Assembly: GCA_963701185.1 (NCBI GenBank)
Contig: OY969569.1
Span: forward strand, 731,548 to 795,547
Origin: Candidatus Gottesmanbacteria bacterium
GTDB lineage: Bacteria; Patescibacteriota; Microgenomatia; UBA10105; UBA927
Direction: 5' to 3'
Length of the DNA stretch: 64,000 bases
This document shows positions 1 to 10,772 of this stretch, one piece after another (the first letter of the stretch is position 1; each line of letters begins with the position of its first letter). The notes under the pieces were generated by a model. It was given only the letters and a program-made list of their open reading frames with translations. It did no database searches and was not told where the DNA came from. The translations under genes and the position numbers were made by a program.

Positions 1-446
1 TAACCGCGCAACCCGCCGAAATCTACTAAAATACCTCCGCGGACCGGTTCTTTCAGCGTAACTTCAACGACTTCACCGCTCTTTTGCTTTTCATCAAGGG
101 CCGCCCACCGTTTTTCAAAAATACTCCGGCGCAGGGACAAGACGGACTGTCCGCGGTCATTTTCTGCAACGATAACCTGTGCCACCACCGTATCGCCGAC
201 TTTCAGGGCCATAAGCATGTCGCGGTACGTCTCAAGCTCCCGGTCGATAACCACTCCCTCGGTTTTGCCGCCGATATCGATCGTCATTTCTTTCCGGGAT
301 ACACGCGTGATTTTCCCCTCCACAACATCGCCTTTTTTTACGCCTTTGAGGGTATAGGAGGTTTGCGCAAGGAGCTCCTCCATTGTTTGTGGATTTTGCT
401 TGTCCGTCGTAGCTTTAGCGGAGGTGGATTGCTTTTTTGTAGCCAT
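1..446 (-). CDS. rpsA: Ribosomal protein S1-like (S1 RNA-binding domain protein). N-terminal 148 aa lie in the window; the gene continues past the window start.
   Basis: Minus-strand ORF with ATG at 444-446 (MATKKQSTSAKATTDKQNPQTMEELLAQTSYTLKGVKKGDVVEGKITRV...). It has S1-type motifs (GDVVEGKI, GEVVEVTLKEPVRGGILVDFGG). It is absent from the ORF track because it is truncated by the window edge. Confidence 0.6.
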   Translation of the reverse strand, partial: MATKKQSTSAKATTDKQNPQTMEELLAQTSYTLKGVKKGDVVEGKITRVSRKEMTIDIGGKTEGVVIDRELETYRDMLMALKVGDTVVAQVIVAENDRGQSVLSLRRSIFEKRWAALDEKQKSGEVVEVTLKEPVRGGILVDFGGLRG

Positions 447-532
447 TCATATACCTGCTTTCGTTAGGATACGGGGTATTATACCGGATTTTTCCTGCTG
501 AGACAAGCGTTTGTTATGATACACTTGAAACC

Positions 533-2188
533 ATGAGCCGCAGTGAAAAAACAGTCTTGTCTATCGTTGTCGGACTCAGCCTTCTGGCTACACTTGCCAA
601 TGCCCGGTTCTTCTTCTACGGTCTTTTCCATACACCAAAAGGCATGGTGTATCTGGGATTGATTCATTTTTATGAAGACTATTTTTTCTACCTCAGCCAC
701 TTTACCCAGGGCGCGCATGGTGCATGGCTTGTGGCCAACCGGTTTACCAGTGAAGTCACTCAGCCGGGATTCGTATACTGGACCAATCTCATGATGGGAA
801 AAATCGGCGGGTGGCTAGGGCTCTCTCCCGCGTGGTCCTACAACCTCTGGACGATGGTCATGGTTTTTCTCAATCTTATTCTCTCGTACTTCATCATACG
901 CGTTTTTTTGCCGAAGCGCGCCGTTGCACAACTGACGGCATATGTATTTTCGCTCGTTGCCACCTCTCCCATGAAAATCACTGGGGGGCGTATTGTCTGG
1001 ACTCCCCTCCACGAACAGGAGGCACCGCATTTTGCCTTTGATAGACTCGGCGGAGCGCCGCATCATGCAACCGTAATGTTTCTTTTTTATGTCCTGACGC
1101 TTTTAATCTTTCATACGCCCAAAACGAAACCGGGGCGGATTGCACTGGCTATACTTGACCCCCTCGGTATACTCCTTTTGACAATAACCAACCCCGTCAC
1201 GGCAGCACTGTGGATCGGTTGTGTTTGGACATATGCCGCTGTTGCTGCTGCCGTCAAACACATAAATTTCCTGAAACGATATGCCACGCCCGTTATCCCA
1301 TGGAGGCGTCTTATTATCCTTACTGTCGGGTTTCTTATTGCATTCGCGTACATGAATACCACGCTCAATACGCTCCCCCGGCTCCAGGCAAAATTATGGG
1401 AAGCAGCGCAATCAACGCACCCCGCGATTATGGAATATCTCATCTCAGGAGGACCCCTCTTCTTCCTGGCAGGTATCGGCATCGTGCTATTCTTCATATC
1501 TCCACGGCCCCTCATCCTTTTTGCCGTTCTTCTCGGGCTAGCCTCGCACATCGCGTATTTCTCCCCCCTACCGTCACTCCTAGGCATAATCAACGGCAGA
1601 TTCGTGGCTCCTGCCCTGTATCCGTTTTTGGCGGTTCTTGCCGTCTACGGCATACTCGTCTTCAGTAAATTTCTGGCCTCAATGATACGCGGGCTTCTCC
1701 CTCAGACCATGTGTATCCTCGCCCTTACCGTATTTCTTCTGTACAGCGCCCCTACCATCATGTGGGAGTTCGACAGAAAAATGCCGGCGGATGTCGGCAC
1801 GAATAGTCTTGCGTATATACTCAATTATTTGCCGCAGGATACGTACGACGGCTTCTCATATTTATCGCGGCTGCAGCCGTTTGATGATGTCGTTTTAGGC
1901 TTCCATTACTCCTACACGGATCTCTTTATCCCGGCGCTCACCGGCCACAGCGGATACTCCGGTCACATGCTAGAAACCATCAACGCGGCCGAAAAAGATG
2001 CACGCAATGATTCCTTTTATACCCTAAAAATGTCACCGGAAGCTGCCCGGCTTTGGATGCGGGATAACCGCATACGGTATGTAGTCCTGACGTCGAGGGA
2101 GACAAATAATCAGATCTTTGAAGCGCATTATCCGTTTCTCAGAGAGATCTATCAGACGACAAATATAACAATTTACACGCTGCGGTAA
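533..2188 (+). CDS. Large polytopic integral membrane protein, about 12 or more TM helices. Possibly a glycosyltransferase of GT-C/PMT-like fold, but function unknown.
   Basis: 551-aa ORF that is highly hydrophobic with many predicted TM segments. No catalytic motif recognised. Confidence 0.6.
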   Translation: MSRSEKTVLSIVVGLSLLATLANARFFFYGLFHTPKGMVYLGLIHFYEDYFFYLSHFTQGAHGAWLVANRFTSEVTQPGFVYWTNLMMGKIGGWLGLSPAWSYNLWTMVMVFLNLILSYFIIRVFLPKRAVAQLTAYVFSLVATSPMKITGGRIVWTPLHEQEAPHFAFDRLGGAPHHATVMFLFYVLTLLIFHTPKTKPGRIALAILDPLGILLLTITNPVTAALWIGCVWTYAAVAAAVKHINFLKRYATPVIPWRRLIILTVGFLIAFAYMNTTLNTLPRLQAKLWEAAQSTHPAIMEYLISGGPLFFLAGIGIVLFFISPRPLILFAVLLGLASHIAYFSPLPSLLGIINGRFVAPALYPFLAVLAVYGILVFSKFLASMIRGLLPQTMCILALTVFLLYSAPTIMWEFDRKMPADVGTNSLAYILNYLPQDTYDGFSYLSRLQPFDDVVLGFHYSYTDLFIPALTGHSGYSGHMLETINAAEKDARNDSFYTLKMSPEAARLWMRDNRIRYVVLTSRETNNQIFEAHYPFLREIYQTTNITIYTLR

Positions 2189-2220
2189 CGGGAGGTCAAG
2201 CGTACATCTCCTCTGTCACC

Positions 2221-2607
2221 TTATACGTGTTCCGCTTTTTCCGCAACCATGGCCTCCGCTTTGGTCTTGTGGATTGTCCCGTCCGGGTGATGGGATGGGG
2301 CATAAATCGTATAGAGTTTCAATGGGTTCGTTGATGACGTATTGATGACGTTATGGTCGCTTCCGGCGGGCACGATAGCCACATCTCCGTCTTTTACGAT
2401 GTGCTCCTCACCGGCAATAATCACTTTCCCCTCCCCGCTCTCAAAACGGAAAAACTGATCATTATCGGGGTGTACCTCCATGCCGATTTCTTCGCTTGGC
2501 GCGAGCGCCATCAAGACCAGCTGGTGATGCGGGCCCGTGTATAAGACGCGGCGGAAAAACGTATTCTCCCGGGTAAGTTCTTCTATGTGACCCGTGTATC
2601 CAATCAT
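2221..2607 (-). CDS. Cupin domain protein
   Basis: 128 aa with a cupin-like G(x)5HxH...E...G...H pattern (VAIVPAGSDHNV; EEHIVKDGD). Confidence 0.65.
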   Translation of the reverse strand: MIGYTGHIEELTRENTFFRRVLYTGPHHQLVLMALAPSEEIGMEVHPDNDQFFRFESGEGKVIIAGEEHIVKDGDVAIVPAGSDHNVINTSSTNPLKLYTIYAPSHHPDGTIHKTKAEAMVAEKAEHV

Positions 2608-2635
2608 AGGTTTAATCCCCCCTTCTTCTCTAAGA

Positions 2636-3250
2636 TTACCAATTTCCTACTCCGATATCAAACGGGACGGCGGTAGAAAAAATTTTTTCAAATAGGATTT
2701 TTGACCCGACCGGCGCAATCATGCCATCCGTATCGATATACCGTTTGCCCGATCGCCCGACATAGGTGTGGTTCTGAAGCAGCCTCCGGAACCCGAATTC
2801 CTCATAAAACTCCAGCGCCTTCAGGGAATGCGTGTCAGCGCACAGGTATGCCACATCGCAGTGTTTTTTTGCCAGTAAATCCATCCCTCTTCTCACCATG
2901 CGTGTCGCGATCCCCTGTTTCCGTTTATCCGGATGCGTCGCCACACTTCCTATACCGCCCAGCACAATTTTCTGTCCGTTATAGACAATGGTTCTCTTAA
3001 ACACGCGTGTTTCACCAATAAGCCGACCGTTTTCCATCGCCAGAATGTAATAGAGTAAATCTCCACTTGAACAAAACCTGTCATGCCCGTCGGCATGCTG
3101 TTTGTCCGTGGGTTCGCCATGATGGCGAAAGCATAGAAGGTCGAGCTCGGTAACCGAGCGTGCGATAAGAGTCGGAAGAAACGACGGATGGATAGTTAGC
3201 TTAACCATACAATCCATTGTACTCTTATAGCCATCAAAAAACCGCTCCAA
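2636..3250 (-). CDS. GNAT family N-acetyltransferase. The start is uncertain and is possibly M12 at about 3217.
   Basis: Acetyl-CoA binding motif region (VATHPDKRKQGIATRMV; EFYEEFGF). Confidence 0.7.
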   Translation of the reverse strand: MERFFDGYKSTMDCMVKLTIHPSFLPTLIARSVTELDLLCFRHHGEPTDKQHADGHDRFCSSGDLLYYILAMENGRLIGETRVFKRTIVYNGQKIVLGGIGSVATHPDKRKQGIATRMVRRGMDLLAKKHCDVAYLCADTHSLKALEFYEEFGFRRLLQNHTYVGRSGKRYIDTDGMIAPVGSKILFEKIFSTAVPFDIGVGNW

Positions 3251-3254
3251 AGTC

Positions 3255-3372
3255 CCCCAGCCTCGACCTATCTTCCCGGTTCCTTGCGAAACAGGTATTG
3301 TCAGCGCTGACGCGTTTCACTTCCGAGTTCGGAATGGGATCGGGTGGGTCCACGTCGCTCAAAAGACTGGAA
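3255..3372 (-). rRNA. rrf: 5S ribosomal RNA
   Basis: The minus-strand sequence contains the universal 5S core CCGAACTCGGAAGTGAAACGC. The terminal helix CCAGTC...GGCTGG closes the molecule. Confidence 0.8.
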
Positions 3373-3768
3373 GACACTGGAGCGGTTAAGCTCAGTGTCA
3401 GTAGTTGATTCGTAAGGGATAACCCAATGGTTTACCCATACTGCAAAACAATTTGTTGGAATAAAGAACGAAGGATTTCCCTTTGTTCTCCACAACATCG
3501 ATCGATTAGTACGAGTAAGCTAAGCACCTTACGGTGTGTACACTTCTCGCCTATCAAACCCGTATTCTCCGGGTGATCTATAACGATTCTTCATCTTGGG
3601 TTGGGCTTGGTGCTTGAGATGCTTTCAGCACTTATCCCGTCCGGATCTAGCTACCCAACGTTGCCTGTTGTCAGACAATTGGCACACCAGGGATCCGTTC
3701 CTCCCGGTCCTCTCGTACTAGGGAGAACTCCCCTCAAGAATCTAACGCTTGCACAGGATAGAGACCGA

Positions 3769-4074
3769 CAATTGTGTTACCTGCATATCGCTATGCAGTT
3801 CAGACTATATCTTCCCAGCCGTTCGTGAACAGCTGTGGTCTGACGTGTAGTCGTTGAGGTTCCCCCGATATGATCGGGGTTACCTGCTGATTGACTGCAA
3901 TGAACGATTGTCACCTCGACTTTTGGTCGGGGTACGTTCATATACTCAGTGTTTCCAGCAAATAGTCAGATTTATTTTAAGATTTCAAAATATAACAGTT
4001 AATCTCCTTCGATGGGGTTCATATAGAAGTCGGAAATCGGACAGCATATAGCGCGTTCTAATGCGCTAAGTCTC
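3769..4074 (-). mobile_element. Group I intron, ORF-less and about 306 nt, in 23S domain V (equivalent to E. coli about 2593). The 5' exon ends in U and the intron ends in G.
   Basis: Removing it restores GTCGTGAGACAGT|TCGGTCTCTATC, which is collinear with E. coli GACAGTTCGGTCCC. It contains P/Q elements (TGCTGGAAAC...AATCAGCAGG), an R element (CAACGACTACACG) and an S element (GGAAGATATAGTCTGA). Confidence 0.6.
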
Positions 4075-4110
<36 letters not shown>

Positions 4111-4730
4111 CTTTTAACCGGCGAACAGCCGGACCCTTGGGACCTTCTCCAGCCCCAGGATAGGATGAGCCGACATCGAGGTGCCAAACCGCCTCGTCGA
4201 TATGGACTCTCGGAAGCGATCAGCCTGTTATCCCCAGAGTAGCTTTTATCCGTTAAGCCCGCTACCTCCCACGAGGGTATGCGAGGATCACTAACACCTA
4301 CTTTCGTATCTGCTCGACTTGTACGTCTCGCAGTCAAGCTGGCTTATCGCGTTTGCACGACAAGTCCTGGTTTCCATTCAGGATTAGCCAACCTTTGTAC
4401 GCCTCCGTTACACTTTTGGAGGCAACCTCCCCAGTTAAACTGCCCACCAGACAGTGTTCTTCTCCCGGATTTTTATGCGGGATAAGTAAGATTTCGTCAT
4501 TTCGAAGAGTGGTATTCCATGTTTCGCCCGAAGGCTCCCACCTATGCTCGACAGTTAAAATAACGTCCTCAGTGCCAAGTTACAGTAAAGCTTCACGGGG
4601 TCTTTTTGTCCATGTGTAAGTAGGCCGCATCTTCACAGCCATTTCAATTTCGCCGGGTAACAGTTCAAGACAGTCACTAAGTCGTTCAACCTTTCGTGCG
4701 GGTCGGAACTTGCCCGACAAGGAATTTCGC

Positions 4731-5202
4731 TTATTCGTGTTAACTGCATATCGCTATGCAGATCAGACTATATCTTCCCCGATTTATTCAGGGTTGCACG
4801 TATAGTCGTTGAGGATTTTAATTAATCTTCTTTTTTGAAGAAAGCGCGGAAAAAGTTGTCTTAGCTTGTACTGATAAAACAGTGTGTTAAGGCTCTTTCT
4901 ATATTATGCCTTCCTCAATAAAATGTTATCCAAGAGTTACTTTTTCTAGAAAAAGAATTATTCTTGGGCATAATAAAGAGAACCGCTAAATCAAAATTTG
5001 GTTAACATAACCACCCCCCTTCTGATTTAGATTAATTAGTCTTTCCTGCTGATTGACTCCACTGAGAGGATTTTTACCTTTCGGTACCTTCAGATACAGA
5101 GTGTTTCCAGCATTTAGTACAATTTTTCATACACTCATTTTTCCTTATGCACATGAGTGTTGAGAGGTTTGAATACCTCACTATGGCAGCGACCCACTTC
5201 GT
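4731..5202 (-). mobile_element. Group I intron, ORF-less and about 470 nt, in 23S domain IV between GGTAG and CGAAATTCC (equivalent to E. coli about 1931). The exact splice junctions are ambiguous by 1-3 nt.
   Basis: It interrupts an otherwise collinear H69-H71 sequence. It shares its P/Q/R/S core and an about 75-nt identical 3' end with the first intron (CCTCAACGACTA.ACGT...GGGAAGATATAGTCTGA.CTGCATAGCGATATGCAG). It has no ORF on the rRNA strand. Confidence 0.55.
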
Positions 5203-6666
5203 CTACCATAGAACAGTTATAGTTACTGCTGCCGTTCACCGGAGCTTAAAAACCAGCCTTCCATCTTGCGAGGTCAGTCAGCCATTTAACTTACCGGCAC
5301 TGGCAGGTGTCAGCCCCTATACGTTGCGTTTCGGCTTTGCAGAGACCTGTGTTTTAGTTAAACAGTCGCTTAATAATCTTTTGTTGAAACCCCGATTTAC
5401 ATCGGGGCAAGGCATCTCCCATAAGTTACGCCTAGTTTTTTTGCCGAGTTCCTTGAACTGCTGTCTCCCGCTCGCCTTGGTATACTCGACCAGCCCACCT
5501 GTGTCGGTTTGCGGTACGGATAAACATATGCTTCTCAACGGAAACTTTTCTCGAAAACAGAACTATCTCTGTTGCCCGGCCTTACGGCGCACGACTTCCC
5601 TACTTCTCAATTAAACGCAATAACGGATTTACCAATTATCACTATTTCGAAGCATTAGATCGGCCAACGAATCAACCGCGAGACCAATCCCCCTTTGTCC
5701 CTCCTTTGAGTCTTAATCAACATACACTTGTAACGGAATATCAACCGTTTATCCATCGAGCTACGCCCCAATATGGCCTCGCCTTAGGTCCGACTAACCC
5801 GAAGTCGACGAACGTTGCTTCGGAAACCTTGGGCATTCGGCATGAAAGATTCTCACTTTCAAACGCTACTCATACCGGCATTCTCACTTCTGTCCGCTCC
5901 AGCTGCCCTTACGGGCTGACCTTCACTGCAGAACAGAACGCTCCCCTACCACTCACTCCCGATAAATCGGAAATAAATTTCAATCTTCGGTAACATACTT
6001 GAGCCTCGATCATTTTCGGCGCCACGGCTTTCGTCCAGTGAGCTGTTACGCTTTCTTTAAAGGATGGCTGCTTCTGAGCCAACTTCCTGGGTGTCTTAAA
6101 ACATGACTTCCTTAACCACTTAGCATATATTTAGAGACCTTAGATGAGAGTCTGGGTTGTTTCCCTTTTGACACACGCGCTTAGCCGTGCATGTCTGACT
6201 GGCCAGGTACATACAAAAGTATTCGGAGTTTGATTGAATGCACGATTCCTTGCGAAACACGTATCATTCAGTGCTCTACCCCTTCATACGAATAACTGAC
6301 CGCTATACCTAAATATATTTCGGGGAGAACCAGCTATCTCCAGGTTCGATTGGCATATTACCCCTAACCACAAGTCATCTCACAGATTTGCAACTCTGAC
6401 GAGTTCGGGCCTCCTCTCGACTTTCGTCGAGATTCACCCTGCTCATGGTTAGCTCACCTGGTTTCGGGTCTACCGACTGCTGCACTATTTCGCCCTATTA
6501 GACTCGCTTTCCCTACGCCTCCCCAACTTGCGTTGGTTAAACTTGCAGTAGATCGATAACTCGCCGGTTCATTCTTCAATAGGCACGACGTCATCCCGAT
6601 AAATCGGGACTTCGTCTGTTTGTTAGCAGACAATTTCAGGTACTATTTCATTCCCCTTCCGGGGTG

Positions 6667-6705
<39 letters not shown>

Positions 6706-6918
6706 GTATTCATGTATTTAGCCTTGGATCGTGGTCGACCCGGATTCCCACAGACCCTTCGTGCTCCATGGTACTTAGGAACCATTAGAGGAAATTGTCA
6801 GTTTCGAATACAGGCTTTCACTCTCTCTGGTCGCCTATTCCGAGGCGTTCTTCTATCAACAATTTCATCCCATATCACTGGCCCTGCAACCCCAACCCTT
6901 GCGGATTGGTTTAGGCTG

Positions 6919-6950
<32 letters not shown>

Positions 6951-7438
6951 TCTATTGATTTATTTTCCTCACCTTACTTAGATGTTTCAGTTCAGATGGT
7001 ATCCCACGCAACACTATGATCATCTTTCGATAATTTTTATGTTGCGCTCCCCCTTGCGGGGTGGGTTGCCCCATTCGGAAACCGCCGGATCGGAGGATTA
7101 TGGCTCCTCCCCGACGAATATCGCTGCTATATGCGTCCTTCCTCGGCATGAATACCCTGGGCATCCATTGTCAACTTGTAGCGTTGCAGAGAACAAAGGA
7201 GGCATCCGCCAGCTGGCGGATACACGCCTTGTTCTTTCTCCAACAAAATTGATTTGCAAGTAAGAAATAACCCTTTATGATTACCCCTTACGATGCAACT
7301 ACTTGTTAATTTACTTTCTTTCCATAATAGGAATTGCACCTACGCTATGGAAAAAGTCGTTACGATTTTAATGAGCGACTCGCGCTCTTGACGCGAGAAT
7401 AATCTCGATTTTATCGGGACTAATCTCGAAACAAGAGC

Positions 7439-7514
7439 TGGTGGACCTGACCGGATTCGAACCGGTGACCTCAGCATTGCAAATGCTGCGCTCTACCAGC
7501 TAAGCTACAGGCCC
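7439..7514 (-). tRNA. tRNA-Ala (anticodon UGC)
   Basis: Minus strand reads GGGCCTGTAGCTTAGCTGGTAGAGCGCAGCATTTGCAATGCTGAGGTCACCGGTTCGAATCCGGTCAGGTCCACCA. It forms a cloverleaf with a TGC anticodon, the G3:U70 Ala identity pair and an encoded CCA. Confidence 0.85.
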
Positions 7515-7523
7515 GGTCATGTC

Positions 7524-7552
7524 AATAAAAAACCCCGCCTTTGATGCGGGGC
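7524..7552 (-). terminator. Intrinsic terminator on the minus strand between the upstream protein genes and tRNA-Ala/23S
   Basis: Hairpin CCCCGC-CTTTGAT-GCGGGG followed on the minus strand by TTTTTTATT. Confidence 0.45.
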
Positions 7553-7698
7553 TACATTCACTCATTCGAGGCGACTACACACGCAAACACTGCCAAATTT
7601 GGTTTCGGTTTGAATATGGTTGGTTACGTCTCATGAATTGAAATATCGGCCTTGCATCTAAGGGCAAATATGAATTATAACCAGCTTAGCTTCGCTTG

Positions 7699-8073
7699 TC
7701 AACCAGTTATTTCCCCAGCCTGTCTGCCTCGATAAAAATCGCTGAATGCTTTCAGTAGTTGATCACTATTAAGCTTCATTGCAGCAACAATAAAGGGTTC
7801 TAACTTTTCCAAAGAGAGCATCTTCCCCTCAGTTCGAAGTTCGTGCATTCTATCAAACATCTGAATATCCAATCTTATACGATCAGCCGTATCTGTTGTT
7901 GCGGATTTGGTTTCGGAATACCTCCTTGAAAATTCTGGGTCTGCAAATTGCAAATCTGTTCTTATTAAACCTTCAATAACGACGGTCCTCTTTCTGGATT
8001 CTGGTAGCGCTTCCCAAGCTGTTTGCGTGAGACTTTCAGTCATAAAATACTCCTTTGGTGACTTATAGTACAC
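7699..8073 (-). CDS. Hypothetical protein
   Basis: 124-aa ORF with no recognised motif. Confidence 0.45.
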   Translation of the reverse strand: MYYKSPKEYFMTESLTQTAWEALPESRKRTVVIEGLIRTDLQFADPEFSRRYSETKSATTDTADRIRLDIQMFDRMHELRTEGKMLSLEKLEPFIVAAMKLNSDQLLKAFSDFYRGRQAGEITG

Positions 8074-8109
8074 TCTCTCCCTGAAAAATGCAAATTGGAT
8101 CGTATGGAC

Positions 8110-9381
8110 CTACTTCATTGCTTTGAGGATACGGGTGAGGGCGAGGTAGAAGGCAGCAGTGCGCAAATCTGTTTTGTGCTTTTTTGCGGCCAGCCAGACG
8201 TTAGTCGCTTCTTTCTTCATCTTGGTTTTCAGCTTCCGGTTCACAACCTCTTTCGTCCAGTGCTGGCCCTTGAGATTCTGTTCCCATTCAAAACAGGAGA
8301 CGGACACGCCGCCGGAATTGGAGAGTACGTCGGGAATGACGGGAATTCCGCGCTTATATAATATAGTATCCCCTTCCGGCGCCGTCGGGCCGTTGGCCAT
8401 CTCCAAAACGACTTTTGCCTTGACCTTCGACGCGTTGGCGCCCGTTAATACGTTTTCCAATGCGGAGGGCACGAGTATATCAACAGGTAATTCCAAAAGT
8501 TCTGCGTTTGTGATCGTCTTCCCTCCGTTGAGATACCCATGTTTCTTTTTGCTTTCGAGAGTCAGCTCCGGATTTAGCCCTTCCGGCACGTAAATACCGC
8601 CTTTGCTATCCGATACTGCAACCACCTTAATACCCGCTTCGTCCAAAAACTTTGCCACGTTATACCCGACATTCCCGAACCCCTGCACGGCGGCGGTTAA
8701 CTGTTTTCCCGCTAGTTTATGGTGCTTTAGGATGGTTTGCAAAACATACAGTCCCCCCAACCCCGTTGCCTCTGCTCTCCCTTCCGAGCCGCCGTCTTTA
8801 ATGAGTTTTCCGGTAAATGTGGCGCGGAGTTTTTTGTCTTTCGATTTCCGCATCTTCATAAACTCATCCAGCATCCATCCCATGATGACGCCGTTGGTGT
8901 TGACGTCCGGTGCCGGCACATCTAATCGCGGTCCGATGCACTCCCATATTGCCCGTACATATGCGCGCGAAAGACGTTCCAGTTCTTTTTCAGACAAGGT
9001 TTTGGGATCCACGATGATGCCGCCCTTACCGCCGCCCATGGGGAGATTGGCAACCGAACACTTAATGGTCATCCAAAATGACAGAGCTTTGACCTCATCA
9101 AGGTTCACGTCACGGTGATACCGGATGCCGCCTTTGTACGGGCCGCACGCATTATTAAACTGCACGCGGTATCCCTGGAATATTTTGGTTGACCCGTCAT
9201 CCAGTCTCACCGGAATCGTGACAGTAATAATCCGCTGCGGTTGGGAAAGAAGGGTAAGAAGAAGCGTTGAATCTTTTTTAGGAAATAACTTGGCTGCTTT
9301 TGCAAGTTGCGCCATTGCACTTTCAAACGGGTTGATGTGTTGCATAAGCACCGAGTATACGCTACGGAAAAAAATTTTCAA
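8110..9381 (-). CDS. gdhA: Glutamate dehydrogenase (Glu/Leu/Phe/Val dehydrogenase family)
   Basis: KGGIRYH catalytic lysine motif; a GFGNVG dinucleotide-binding motif; 423 aa. Confidence 0.9.
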   Translation of the reverse strand: MKIFFRSVYSVLMQHINPFESAMAQLAKAAKLFPKKDSTLLLTLLSQPQRIITVTIPVRLDDGSTKIFQGYRVQFNNACGPYKGGIRYHRDVNLDEVKALSFWMTIKCSVANLPMGGGKGGIIVDPKTLSEKELERLSRAYVRAIWECIGPRLDVPAPDVNTNGVIMGWMLDEFMKMRKSKDKKLRATFTGKLIKDGGSEGRAEATGLGGLYVLQTILKHHKLAGKQLTAAVQGFGNVGYNVAKFLDEAGIKVVAVSDSKGGIYVPEGLNPELTLESKKKHGYLNGGKTITNAELLELPVDILVPSALENVLTGANASKVKAKVVLEMANGPTAPEGDTILYKRGIPVIPDVLSNSGGVSVSCFEWEQNLKGQHWTKEVVNRKLKTKMKKEATNVWLAAKKHKTDLRTAAFYLALTRILKAMK

Positions 9382-9390
9382 GAAGGAAAA

Positions 9391-9801
9391 TCAGATATGT
9401 ATTATATGGCCTAAATGTTTTGCTTTATGATAATACTCGCCGTCTGCCGTGAGATACTCACTATTCCGGGCAATCGCCAGGATATGATAGGACGCATCGT
9501 ATACCGTTGTACCGCACATATAGGCTACAGAAAGCGATTTTCGAATTTGAATTTGTGTTAAAGGAATAATATCTATGGGTAATTTTTGAAATTGTCCCAG
9601 CACGTCATCCGCAAGAGTTGGATCCTTGAGCGTAAACCGAAGACCGTTTCCCGCTTCTAACGGTAAAAGACTGGTCGACAAAATCTTCACCTTTCGCTTC
9701 TTTGCATTCCGCAAAAGTACAGTCACAGTTTCCACAATCTGTGGATGATCTTCCAACAAAAATCGGAGAATAATCGAGGCGTCGATGACGACTGTTTTCA
9801 T
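9391..9801 (-). CDS. vapC: PIN-domain ribonuclease toxin (VapC-like)
   Basis: N-terminal MKTVVIDASIILRFLL with the conserved acidic residue; about 136 aa; 4-nt overlap with the upstream small gene. Confidence 0.75.
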   Translation of the reverse strand: MKTVVIDASIILRFLLEDHPQIVETVTVLLRNAKKRKVKILSTSLLPLEAGNGLRFTLKDPTLADDVLGQFQKLPIDIIPLTQIQIRKSLSVAYMCGTTVYDASYHILAIARNSEYLTADGEYYHKAKHLGHIIHI

Positions 9802-10070
9802 AGCCTTCCCTGTCCGATCGCCTCTTTGAGAGCTTGCCCTGTCACTTTAGGCAAACGCCGCCGGAGTGCGATAAACGCTTCCACGCTATCACCAGCGCTC
9901 ACATCCAGTAGTTTTTCCTCCACGGCGCTTGCAATAAAGCTGCTCACTTCCCGCTTCCCGAGTTGAGCCGACAACTGTCTGTAGATGTAGCTGGGCATAC
10001 TGATGCTGAATTTGCTTACAGTATTACTCATAGTATGAATTACAGTACTACTTATTATTGAAATTGTCAA
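9798..10070 (-). CDS. Ribbon-helix-helix type antitoxin (VapB-like). The start is possibly at about 10031.
   Basis: Small protein (KFSISMPSYIYRQL...) with RHH-like beta-strand plus helices, translationally coupled (ATGA) to the PIN gene. Confidence 0.55.
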   Translation of the reverse strand: MTISIISSTVIHTMSNTVSKFSISMPSYIYRQLSAQLGKREVSSFIASAVEEKLLDVSAGDSVEAFIALRRRLPKVTGQALKEAIGQGRL

Positions 10071-10085
10071 GCGCGGCGCTACTGA

Positions 10086-10772
10086 TTAATAAAATAATTC
10101 AAATTTCACTTGGGTATCGGGTACGCCTGCATCCTTCAATTTCACTCGCACATCCTCCACCATCGCTTTATTACCACAAAGGTAGTACTCCGATTCTCTG
10201 AGGTTTGTCCGGGAAAATAGGTGATCCTGTACATGCCCCCGTTTCCCTCCCCATACATCGCTGGGTTGGGAAAGAATAATATGGAGTGCGGCGGCGCCAA
10301 ACTCTTTTTGCCAAAATATATCTTCTTCATGCCGCAATCCCCAATACACTTCCATCATGTCGGAGGGGTGATCCCCGATCATGGAGTGAAACGGGGCAAT
10401 CCCCGTCCCTGTCGCGACTAATATCTTCCCACGAGGAGACTCCTTGTAGGTAAAATTCCCCAGCGGCCCCATCAATTCCATCTGATCTCCGACCTTGGCT
10501 GCCAAGGTCCATTTCGAATACACTCCCATGGGCGACACGTCATGGATGAGCATAATGGAAGTTTTTTCCGACGGAGGCGAGGCGATGGACATTGTACGGT
10601 TAACTCCAGGCGCAACATAGAGCATCACCGTCTGTCCTGCAAGAAAGGTAATTTCTTTAGGTTCGATGAGTTCGAACCGCTCCAGATACACCTTGCTCGA
10701 TATTTTTTCGATCGCGGTGAGCCGGGATTTAAATTTTTGCGGTTTAGGAAGCAACATATTTTTGTACGTCAA
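10086..10772 (-). CDS. FAD/NAD(P)-binding oxidoreductase, ferredoxin-NADP reductase-like
   Basis: FNR-like arrangement of an RxYS-type FAD region (MSIASPP) and a GTGIAP NAD(P)-binding motif. Confidence 0.65.
   Translation of the reverse strand: MTYKNMLLPKPQKFKSRLTAIEKISSKVYLERFELIEPKEITFLAGQTVMLYVAPGVNRTMSIASPPSEKTSIMLIHDVSPMGVYSKWTLAAKVGDQMELMGPLGNFTYKESPRGKILVATGTGIAPFHSMIGDHPSDMMEVYWGLRHEEDIFWQKEFGAAALHIILSQPSDVWGGKRGHVQDHLFSRTNLRESEYYLCGNKAMVEDVRVKLKDAGVPDTQVKFELFY

Noticed and set aside
84-467. 127-aa plus-strand ORF at the window start
   Set aside because: It is antisense to the clearly real S1-domain gene (MATKKQ... start at 446). It has no motif and a low-complexity G-rich tail.
7520-8100. 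Possible 16S rRNA upstream of tRNA-Ala
   Set aside because: No match to 16S conserved blocks. The region encodes a terminator and protein genes.
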